A stretch of 64,000 nt of DNA, taken from Macrostomum lignano (Eukaryota). The stretch spans positions 136,150 to 200,149 of the forward strand of contig NIVC01002150.1 of the NCBI GenBank assembly GCA_002269645.1, in the 5' to 3' direction. The notes beneath the pieces are model-generated. The model saw only the letters and a list, made by a program, of their open reading frames with translations. It ran no database searches and had not been told where the DNA came from. Positions 1 to 10,339 of this stretch are shown here, piece by piece. Each line of letters starts with the position of its first letter. The stretch's first letter is position 1. A program made the position numbers and the translations under genes.

Positions 1-766
1 AGGTTCAGGTTCAGATTCAGATGTCGGTATCAGGCTGTAAAACGGATAAAATGCCTAATTGGCATTAAGAGTAAAGGTGAAAGCAAGGACCATTGCTGTA
101 GAGTGGTCTACAACAGTGGTCCTTGGTGAAAGGCCTATGTAAACACAGGCCCTGTTGATTTTCACTTTCAATTGGGGCCAACACCGACATGCGTGACGAT
201 GAGAACTTAACGTTTAGCTTGTTATACAGTTATTGTTATTTAAATAGCCGAGATAAATAATAATTGCCTTAATAGTAGATTCCGGCTTTCCAAAGGATAT
301 GAGAAAAACGCATTTGATTTAATGTACTTCACGCGAAAGCAAATTTCAGACGAATTAAACTTCTTGTTTCGTAGAAAACTACAGATCTAATCATTTAATA
401 AAAAATGAATATCCGGACGTAGCTAAGCTAAGGTTGCTATGCTAAGGTGCAAGGTGTAACTAAGGTCGGAGGACTAAGGTCAACAGTTAGCAGTAGACTA
501 TATACTTAGACTACTCACGGTGGGTTCTAGTAAATTTCTTTGTAAATTGGTCAATCGATAATATCAATATGTAAGATCGAGGTCAAAGATGATGAATATA
601 GCATTGGGCCTCCAGCTTCAATTGATAGGAAAAGCTTTTTATAGGGAAACTAAAGCCGTTTGTATTCCAATGTTCAATTTCTCAATAAAGACTGCATTAC
701 TTTAGCATTTTTTCCAATAGCCATAAGCCATAGGCTAGCTAGCAATACTTATATTTAGTACTGTAT
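1..766. repeat. Interspersed repeat copy A (diverged duplicate of ~3543-4283; begins before the window)
   Basis: Collinear shared blocks, e.g. AGATTCAGATGTCG..CAGGCTGTAAAACGG, CCAACACCGACATGCGTGACGATGAGAACTTAA, CTTCTTGTTTCGTAGAAAACTACA, CGAGGTCAAAGATGATGAA, CCATAGGCTAGC. Confidence 0.85.
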
Positions 767-770
767 ATTA

Positions 771-1345
771 ATAGCCCTGTTCCCCCGTCCCCATCTTTCG
801 ACGGTCATCAATCGTCAGATCGATGACTGGGCTGACTCCCTCCACAGGGACAGATGGGCGGGCACCCAAAACTGCCGGCAATCTCGTGCCGCAGTTCCGT
901 GCCCCTCTCGCAGGCTCAGGAACGTCCTTCTGAACCAAAATCGGAAGGATATTTGAGCCCTTGTCATGACCTTTACCGGCCATGGCTACCTCGCCAGGCA
1001 CTGCTTCCTCCGAGGCGACCTCGATAGTGAGCATTGCCCCTTTTGCGAGTACGACAATGAAGTTGCTCAGCACTTTGTCACTTCCCTTTCTTTACCAGAG
1101 ACCGGCTACGCTACCTCGGGCCTAACCCGTCCATTGACGAGGTCTGCCAGCCCGACAGCATCTCACGGCTCATCCGGCTCCTCCAGGCGACTAGACGAGC
1201 CACTTTCTTCCCAACGGAAGATCACGCTGCAGGACGGACCGGCGGACCACCCTGACCCGGCGGACCACCTCTCTCTGCAGCTGGGGTCTCTGCCTGTCTG
1301 CGGGCCTTCAGGGACGGGAGTCTCCTGCATCAGTAGGCGCTAAAA
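771..1345 (+). mobile_element. Degenerate 3' fragment of an RNase H-type non-LTR retrotransposon (I group, Loa/R1-like)
   Basis: Manual translation ..INRQIDDWADSLHRDRW..NRKDI*ALVMTFTGHGYLARHCFLRGDLDSEHCPFCEYDNEVAQHFVT, then frameshift near 1083 to ..RDRLRYLGP..ISRLIRLLQATRR. The TGHG..CxxC..H C-terminal motif is typical of these LINEs. In-frame TGA at 954. Confidence 0.8.
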
Positions 1346-1563
1346 ATACACATGCATAACACGTGTTTCCATGCAGCAAGATGCGGCCAGTGCTTGACAG
1401 CCTATTATATAGCTGACTCAAGCTGCGTGTCTGAGAGACTGCCGAGAATGGGAACAGTGCAGCTGGGAAATGCGAATGAAATATCAGAAAGGATTTTGTT
1501 ATTACGTGTAGTACCTGCGATCTGCGACCCTCCCGGCCTGTGGATGAGACATTCGATGAGGCA

Positions 1564-2410
1564 ACAACAACAACAACAACAACAACAGAGTACGCTGCCA
1601 GATCACAAAAGCAGCGTCAGATGGCGCGCTTCAAAGCTTGGGCGCGAACAAAAGCCGCACCGCCGGCAGAGTCCGGGGCGCCGGCGTCAGCCAGCAGACA
1701 GTCGACGTAGCGCCGAGTCCTCGCCTGTCCCCGCCGGTAGGGTGCCTGCAACGTAAGTAGCAGCACCTCCTGCACCGGCTCCGGGCAGTAGGCCTCGGCG
1801 CGGATGACGTGGCCTGCCAGCTGGAGTCGCCGACGGCGCAGCAGATCGCTAGGACGGGCCAGGCCGGCGCGATGATAGAGCGCCGTGTTGGTGACTCGCT
1901 CGTTGCCGATCTTGAAGGCGGCGCGCAGCAGGCCAGCGTGCGCCGCGTCGACTTGAGCCTCGAGCGAGTCTGTCAGCGTCCAGGTCTCGGCGTTGTATAA
2001 CAGGACGGTCTCGATCACCGCCTGGAACAGCGCCGCCCTCTGGCGGTCCGGTAGGGCCTCGGACTGCAGGACTGACCTTATAGAACGAAAGGCAGCCCAA
2101 GCAAGTCCTCGGCGACGCCGCAGATCCTCGCGGACGTCGGGAACCAGACCGCCGAGGTAGACGAACTGCTGACATCTTGGAAGCTCACTCGCCTGTCCGT
2201 CAGCGCCTCGGCAGAAGATTGCAGCCTCGGTGTCGTCCGGCACGCATAGCACGACGGTCTTCTGCGTGTTGACCACCAGGCCGACGCTCGCCGCAACGGC
2301 AACCAGCCTATCCAGCTGTCGTTGGGCGCCCTCGACGGTCGAGGACAGCAGGGCGAGGTCATCGGCGTAGCCAAGCACGCTGAGCCGTCTCTCCGGTTGG
2401 CGTCGACCCA
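1564..2410 (-). mobile_element. 5'-truncated RTE-like non-LTR retrotransposon with intact RT C-terminus, (TTG)n tail and 10-bp TSD
   Basis: ORF 1617-2411 has LGYADDLALL, NTQKT, FVYLG and LLYNAETWTLT motifs. (CAA)8 tail at 1562-1585. Direct repeat CGATGAGGCA at 1554-1563 and 2411-2420. Confidence 0.92.
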
Positions 2411-2454
2411 CGATGAGGCATTATTACTTTATTCGGTAATATAGTTATTATATA

Positions 2455-2652
2455 TCATTTAACTTCATTTGAGTATTCGAAAGCTGCATTTGAGTTTTTC
2501 AAAAGCATCATTTGAGCTATTGGAACTCATCATTTGAGTACGAGCGTATTCGAAATCATCACTCGAGTTATTCGAAATCATCATTTGAGTTATTCGAAAG
2601 CATCATTTGAGTTATTCGAAAGCATCATTTGAGTATTCGGAATCATCATTTA
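2455..2652. repeat. Degenerate ~22-bp tandem repeat (ATCATTTGAGTTATTCGAAAGC)
   Basis: About 8 imperfect units read directly. Confidence 0.75.
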
Positions 2653-3542
2653 AATAATGTATGCATGTTACTTAATAAGTAATTATACATGTTAAGTATA
2701 TTTACAAGTTAAGTAATTATACATGTCTACTATATTTTCAAGGACTAATAGGAACTTTATAGTAGTCCTTGACTATATTATCTGCATGTACAAACGGCAC
2801 TGTATGAAGCATGTGTACGACCAGGACCACTGACAGAATTTAGTAGGCCCTGTGTGTACGCCTACATATTACAGTAGATACAAAATGTACATCCATCAGC
2901 CACTTATAAATGCAATAAATGCGATAATCCCAAAACTTCGAAAAGTCTCGTGGCCGCAAAAAGGCTCAGACTGCAGAGACACCAGTTGTTTCGTGGGCTG
3001 CATGCAATGCATCCAGTGTACTGGTAATTCTCCGGTAAAGGACGGTAAAAGTGCATCCGATATAAAAAATGATATAAAATAGCAACATTTTGAACTTCGC
3101 ATCTGGCCTCATTATGTCTGCACATGTCTGCCAACTTTATGTCAGCACACATATGCATACATACCCTTGTGTATGAATATTTTTCCTTAAAAAACATTTG
3201 TAAAAGCCTTCAGCTTAAGGTTTCCTTTTTCCATTGAATTTCAATATATCATTAGGCACAGAATTCAGTATATAGGCGAGGGCAGATGTCAGAGGGAGTA
3301 TAGCTAGTGCATAATTTTCTTAAGTGCATGACGTAAATGACCCGCAATACTATTTAAGAGCATACTGAGTACCGATGTAGTCATGAAAGTCTAACGACCC
3401 CATTTTCCTTGGCGCAGCTAGGAGCCAGGATGTGTGGGAGTTAAAAAATCTAGTGCTTTAAGCGATATGTGTTTGTGTTTAGCAAAGTCTTGTCTTTTTC
3501 TAGATGTCAGGTTTAGGTTCTTTATTTAGGTTTTTTAAGGGT

Positions 3543-4283
3543 TTAGGTTAAGATTCAGATGTCGATTTCAGGCTGTAAAACGGAAAAATCCCTAATTGGC
3601 ATTAAGAATAAAGGTAAAAGGCGCCCTGATTTTCACTTTTGGTTAACGCCAACACCGACATGCGTGACGATGAGAACTTAATTTTTATATCTTGTTATAT
3701 ATTTATTGTTATTTTGATAGCCAGGTTAAAAGATTTTTATTTCAATAGTGGCCTCCAACTTGCCAAAGGATATGAGAAAAATGCACTTGATTTAATGTAG
3801 TCCACGCGAAAGCAAATTTTAGACGAAATAAACTTCTTGTTTCGTAGAAAACTACAATAGTTGATAAAAGAGATAAAATATATTACGACGTAGCTTAGCA
3901 TGCTATGCTATGCTATTGCTAATTTGCTAAGGTCTAACTAAGGACTAAGGTCAACAGCCAGCAGTCAGCTAGGCATAACTCCGCGCCAAAACTATAATTC
4001 AATACTAGTAGGCTATATACTTAGACTAGTCACGGCGGGTTCGAGTAAATTTCTTTGTAAATCGGTCAATCGAGTTCGAGTAATATTGATATGTGAAAAT
4101 GTGAAATCGAGGTCAAAGATGATGAAGACATAGGGCTCCAACCCTAATTGGTGGGAAAAGCTATTTATAGCCTTATAGGGAAAACTAAACCCTTTTAAAT
4201 TCCAAAGGTCAATTTCTCAATAAAGTCTGTATTGCTTTAATTTTAGTATTTTTTCATATAACCATAGGCTAGCAATATCTATA
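3543..4283. repeat. Interspersed repeat copy B (duplicate of 1-766)
   Basis: Same collinear blocks as copy A, with many substitutions and indels. Confidence 0.85.
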
Positions 4284-5115
4284 ATCTAAATCTTCATCTT
4301 ATACCATACTATACTAGGCCCCTATGCCATACTTAGGGGTTGGACAAGATCTTGATCTTGATTGTCAAGATCTCAGTACTTTTCTTAATCTCAATCTTTT
4401 TTAAGATCTCTAAAAAACAAAAAGTCAAGATTTGTGACTATATGACTAGGCCTATTGGTGACTACAATATTATCATATTTATGTTTGATATAGGCCTACA
4501 TCTAGTTACCAACAAGCTCAATATTAAAAATTGTTTTTCCTTCTATTATGATCATTGTACATATTTATCAAATAACAATATTGTAACATTGTCAGTTGAG
4601 GTGCCCCAACAAGGGCCATTTTAGTGAAAGCAGTGCCATTCTATAATATTGTTAATTTGATGGTCTCATACACTAACATCTGCTTATAGTAATGCCCAAA
4701 GAATTTTAAACAACATTGCGTGACATTCGTAAAGCTTATGTATAATATGATCAATAATTTCTGTTTTCAAGTCGGTTTTCATTCTGGCCAATAGGAAAGC
4801 CATGCATAAATTATGCTAGCCTGAAATTAAGCTTTTGTTGCGCACCCACCCCCATCCCACTCGTTATCAGTTCTGTCTGGCTGGGGTGCCCGGGGTTAGG
4901 CTCTGTTTTCTCCTCTTCCTTCGCTTTGTACCTTTGCCTCCTGCCTTTCTTTCGTTCTCTCCTCTTTGCTCCGTCACAGTTCTAACCTACACCTCTGCCA
5001 AGTCTCAGTTGCGCCATTACCACTGCCAATTCTCAATCACGTCACCACTATTGTTTGTATGGGGTTCTTGCTACAAGTACTACCACTATACAATCACTGC
5101 CATTATATCATCACC

Positions 5116-5412
5116 CATACATGCGCAACCTCCAAATTACAAGTCGGCCGTGGGACTTAGTTTTAACAAAAATGCAACGTAGTTTTTGGCCAAAAATGCA
5201 ACTTACATATAAAAAAACCCAAAAGCAAAATTAATGCAACTTTGGGTAAACGGCAGGAGTAACTATGACTGTCTTATAAAGCCAAAATGCCTTGTCAGCT
5301 ACTTAGTACTACTACTTGGTGTTTTTTGGGTTGGCATTTTTGCGACTTCCTTGGTTGGCCGCCAAATCAGTCGGCCAGATCAGCCAACTCAGCCGACTGT
5401 TGCGCATGTATG
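5116..5412. mobile_element. 297-bp hAT-type MITE containing a 28S rRNA-derived segment
   Basis: Perfect 14-bp TIRs CATACATGCGCAAC (5116-5129) and GTTGCGCATGTATG (5399-5412). 8-bp TSD TCATCACC/TCATCGCC (7/8). Subterminal AAAATGCAAC/TGCGACTT motifs. Confidence 0.88.
5244..5307 (+). other. 28S rRNA-derived fragment (helix 69-71 region), not an rRNA gene
   Basis: GGGTAAACGGCAGGAGTAACTATGACTGTCTTATAAAGCCAAAATGCCTTGTCAGCTACTTAGT versus the conserved eukaryotic LSU sequence recalled as GGGTAAACGGCGGGAGTAACTATGACTCTCTTAAGGTAGCCAAATGCCTCGTCATCTAATTAGT. Confidence 0.88.
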
Positions 5413-8145
5413 TCATCGCCATTGCCTTAGGCTCATCAACTCGCTCTATCATCTATCTTATTGTTATGCAGCCACCTAGTGTATTCCTTACAGATTCAGC
5501 AAAATACTTAGGTCCATCTCTATTAACAACCTAGATGGAATTGATAACTAACAAGCCCTAACTATCTACTCATATGGATACAATAAAAGAATTGCAGCCA
5601 TTGCCTATATCATTCATCACTATCATTGAGTGCTACCACTACCAAATTTGCCTCTGTTGTATTCACCTTTGTCATTTGATCCAAAGTATGCCATTTAATT
5701 GTCACAATTAGCACTAATAGATAGAATAGTGTAAATAGGCCTACTAGATGCTAATTAAATTAGGCTTAATCTCAAATCTTAATTGAATCTCAATTGTCTT
5801 GAAAGCATAGATCTTGAGCCTCAAAAATCTCAAAATGTGATATTGTCTAACCCCTAACTATATTATATATTAATAGCTATACAGCTATTTAAAATTTAGT
5901 TTATTTAAGTCATTCAAACATTGATATGCCATGTTATTTGTAGCAGATTATATAAAATCAAAAAATGTGTTAAATAAAAAGTAGGCCCAGATCTTATAAT
6001 TAGTTTAAAAATCAAATATTACAATATATATAGTCCATATAATTATTACTTAAACTAATAGACATTTAATAACTTTATGGCCTATTCATAGGGCCTAGTA
6101 TTAGTGTTTTTGAGGTAGGGCAAAGAAATAGAGATTATTTTCTCGCTTGTGGCTTGGTTGGCTGATACCAAATTGGGGTGGTTCTAACTTTCAAATTGTC
6201 ACTGGCATTGAGCTCACACAAATTAAATCTGAAAAATTGTGCAGACAAATCCCAACAAAATTTCTCCTATAATACTCTGGCTGCCAGGGTCCTCAATTCT
6301 GGGGGAAGGGTAGTTTTGTTATTGGTAAGCAGTCTTCATTAGGCACAATTGTTCAGAGTTGGTCCTTAGACACCAAATTGGATGTAAATCAAATGCTTCA
6401 AATGCTTAAATGGTTACTATGAGTAGCCTAGTGCTGCCACCATTGTTATTTTCATATTATGGAACATTGAGGTCTCAGAGCTTTCTTTGAGATGAAACTT
6501 GGTTATTTTATGCCCCATGGGCAAATGACTCAAAATAGGCTATGGTTCTGATTAGTTAATTTGTGATTAAAGATTGTTTAATGTTTATTAATAGCACTGA
6601 GAACTAAGGAAAATATTAGCTAGATTAAACAAGGTGACTTATTAATATTATTTTGGCAACCTAACAATCAGATGATAGTTGGCAGTACCGCGGGTGCACT
6701 AATAGATGTTAAGCTAAAGTTATACACAAGCTAATAGACTCGATCAAGTTGTACTAATGGTTAAGTATTAATAATCAGTTAAAGTTATGAGAAAGGGAAG
6801 AGAAAGAAAAGGCAAGGTCAAGACAAGGTCAATGCTAGGGAGCATCATTAAATAGAACAAAAAGAGCAGAATGTGGACAAATAGGGACAAACACTAGAGA
6901 CAAAACATGGACACAAAAGACCAAACATGGAAATAGAATTTTGAAATTCAGTCAAACATAGAAAAACAAAAAATAACCAAATGGGGGATACACAAAACCA
7001 GGGAAAGGAGCAAGGAGGCCAAACCCAGGAAGCAAGAAAATGATGAAATTTTGCCATTAGGGGGCATCTTATGGTAGACAAAATGGGCCAACCCAGGTAA
7101 CAGAAAAAGGGGGGTCATAAGATGGTCTGGAAAATTAATTTCTTAGCAGAAATTTTCAGTGCATAGTAGTGCATATCAAAAGCTAACAACAAAATGAAAC
7201 ATCATGTATAGTACAGAATCAAATTGACATCAAGCTGACCAGTTGGAAGCAACCATCATATTTTTTACCAATTGCTAATTTTAACTCTCAAACTGAAAAG
7301 TGCATAATGCAGTAGAAAGTTTTAAATTAAAAAGCACTAATAAAAGCTAAAAAATTATGTTTTATTACTTTGATTTAGTCTAAATTTTACTAGATCTTCT
7401 AGTGCCACTGCATTTTTGCTATGAATTTGTCAATAACAAATATAGGGCTTGGTGTAGAACTTTGTACTTTAGCTTCATGCATAGCATATACCAAAAATAT
7501 ACTAAAATGTAGGCCTATTCCTGAATACACACAACACTTTCCTTCAGGGAGTATTGAGGCCTAGTAGCCAAAAAGTCCCAAAATCCTAATGTAGAAAGTA
7601 TATTAATCCTAGTAGTATAATCATGTATTGATTAGTTTTTACTTGTTTAAAATGAAAAATAGTTATAAAAGCCTAACCAATTACCAATTTCTCAGAGAAA
7701 TTATCAAGGTTCCATTTTCTAAATAAATTGCACCTCCCCTCTCCATCTCCTGTTTCCCTCCCTCTGTGTCTCTTGGCCTTCTCTCTATCTCCTTGTCTGT
7801 TTAACCACAATAATAATGGAAATTGGCATCCCAAAGAATGAACTACACAAAATATATCTCATATTTAAACATGAGCAATAAATATTTTCTCCATGATAAG
7901 CAATCTTAACATGCATAGAAACATTGTTATTCTATTATATTTGATAAAACAAACCTTTTTTGGTAAATAAAGCTCTCTTTTCATAGAAGTTAGAACAGTC
8001 TCTATAAAGTATAGATTAATTAAAAATTAAACATATTGTCATTATTGAAACTCTTGTTTTAATAACAATTTATCTAGAGTTCTGGATCTATAAAATACAA
8101 CAATTATTTATAAAATTAGATATCTTTTCTTATTAGTCTCTATAC

Positions 8146-8440
8146 CAGGGGTCCCTAACCTTCTACAGATAGTAGGCCACATTTACAACTGGCTTAGGTA
8201 TGTGGGCCACACGCTCCTTCACTTCCTTTATCCCCCTCAACCCTTTTAACCCGCAACCCCTATATCCTTTACCTTGAATATTGATATTACCTAGCATTCC
8301 TTCTTACTTTTCACTTCAACTCTTGAATGCATATACATTTGTGCACTAGGAGTGGCTAAAATAGCAATCCAAATGAATTGAAGTGTCAGGAGCCACAGTG
8401 AAATCCAATGATAGACTCAGTGGGCTGAATGTAATGCAAA
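8146..8440. mobile_element. Decayed hAT/Charlie-like element (left end clear, right end approximate)
   Basis: Terminus CAGGGGTCCCTAACC preceded by CTCTATAC, resembling the NTCTAGAN Charlie target. The right TIR is not recognisable. Confidence 0.4.
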
Positions 8441-10339
8441 CTTATTAAATAAAGTTTAAATAATGTTTCTTAATGAAAAGCTTCCATGTCTAAGGCTACT
8501 GGTATGTCCAAAAGAATAGTAGAATTACTATTAAAAGCAACAAATTAACTAATCATGGTACTATCAAGCATTTTAAAGAACCAAAATATTAAGTTGAATA
8601 ATTGATAATTAAAATTTAATCTTATACTAATTATACTGCATGGGCAAAACTAGTTTGAATTGCTAATTACTAAATACAATTATTTGCATTTGGTATTGGA
8701 ACTCCAAATATTTATTAATCACAGAAGTTTTTTATCGCTGGCTAACATTGAATCAGTGAATTGCAACTCTGTCCAATGTGTGCTCTGTGGCATTCATGAG
8801 TACACCAACAAGTGATATAGGAACTCTTACTGGTAAGTGAATATTTATTATTTTCAAGCAGGTCTTGCTCAATTCGCTAGTTTAATGTTAATGAAATAAT
8901 TTATGATATTTATTTTTGTACCTTAAGTGAGTAGTATAATGATTTATTAGCATTTGAGGGAGACATGTCACAGAGGTTTGAAAATTAGAGAAATTTTAGG
9001 ATTCAGCTCATGTTTCTATTTAATTGCTGCTTTTAGATTTTTACAGTTGCTGCGTTGGTCATTTAGTCTTTGCTTTATTTTATTTTTTTAGTTCAAATGT
9101 AACAACATGCATGTTAAATACTTAAAATTTCTACCCAATTATGCATACATTGCTTATGCACTTAGTGTTTTAATTATATGCTTTGCACTTTGCAATCAAT
9201 GTTAATGTATGAAATACATCATATATTTACATGTAATATTAGTAAATTTCTTTGTTATAATGTGTCCTTGTAGACTGACTGCACTTAGGATATTGAAATC
9301 AGAAGTCATCAATACCTTGAAATGTATGTTGACCAAATTAATTGCTATTAGTAATGTCCGTTTCTAACTATGAGCAGTCATACTTATACTTAGTTGTTAT
9401 TGCAATGAACTTGCACTTTTTAACAATCTAGAGCTTTGTCTTACTCTTTAAACTGTCTCACTCTCAGCCTGTTGTTACTTTCATAGCTTTTTATCTTTGA
9501 TAACAACTCTCTGTAGATGCTTTTTTGTCTCATGTAGCTAAGAGACGCCAATGTTAGACATTCTTGTTAAGCAGACTGCTAATAGTAGTGCAGTATGCTG
9601 TGCATACACATTTTTTCTCTAAATCTCACAATCATGTTTGCCCTCTAAAAACAGCCTTTGCTTTAACAGAATCTAATTGAATAACTGACTCTAGCAGTTT
9701 AAGAGTTTTAAGTTCTTCCATCTGATGCTAAGAAGTGAGCAGATGCAAAGGCAAGTACAACACTCGCATAGGAGACATTGCTGCGCTCATAAGCGCCTAT
9801 TTGTGCTAGCACTAACCTATCGCAATCTGATACCATACGTGGAATCGAACCCGGGCCCTCCTTAGACTAGGCTTTGTTTTTATGTTAGAAACGTTTTTGT
9901 ACATCAAAACTATCATCACTTTCCTAAATAACGATGAACTTTACAATTTGACAGTTTGACAATTTCTTTTACCTTTTAAAATGCTATCAAAATGTTCTTT
10001 CCTAGCCAGAGGCAACATGTGCATGCTAATAAGGGCAGGCAGAGGTGTGCGGTGAGTGAAGGCTGGCTAGATGATAAGAATTTGGAAAGTTTATTAGCCT
10101 GAAAAGTGAGTGTCCGGCCCTACTCGACCGTCTCACAGCCTCGCTACTCACTACTCAGTGTTAGTTTTTTCTCTTCACTTAAACAAACTCCCCTAGCAGT
10201 ACTTATTGTTTAATTCGGGCGAGCGATTTCCTACCTAACTGACAGCCCTAGCAACCAGCCGCACGTGTACTTGTGCGCACTCGCGCCCAGTAGAATCCAG
10301 AGCCCCCCGTGGTGTGCGCGTGAGAGAGGCGAGAGACGA

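Larger units (their letters stand above)
4334..5856. mobile_element. Non-autonomous TIR DNA element hosting a nested MITE
   Basis: TAGGGGTTGGACAA (4334-4347) and TTGTCTAACCCCTA (5843-5856) are 13/14 inverted. Subterminal GATCTTGA/TCAAGATC-like motifs at both ends. Flanks ACT/ACT (or a TA TSD if the ends are GGGG/CCCC). Confidence 0.6.

Noticed and set aside
1-4283. Two LTRs flanking an LTR retrotransposon
   Set aside because: No TG..CA termini, PBS/PPT or gag/pol; the internal coding pieces are non-LTR
5244-5307. Functional rRNA gene
   Set aside because: Only ~65 nt, H69 stem disrupted, embedded in a transposon
9300-9620. Possible zinc-finger/transposase relic on the minus strand (SNIGVS*LHETKKH)
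   Set aside because: Many stops and too short a match to support
9835-9865. tRNA-like B-box fragments here and at ~16550-16585, ~52755 and ~63429-63452
   Set aside because: Only T-arm-like 20-30-nt pieces with no cloverleaf; probably SINE debris
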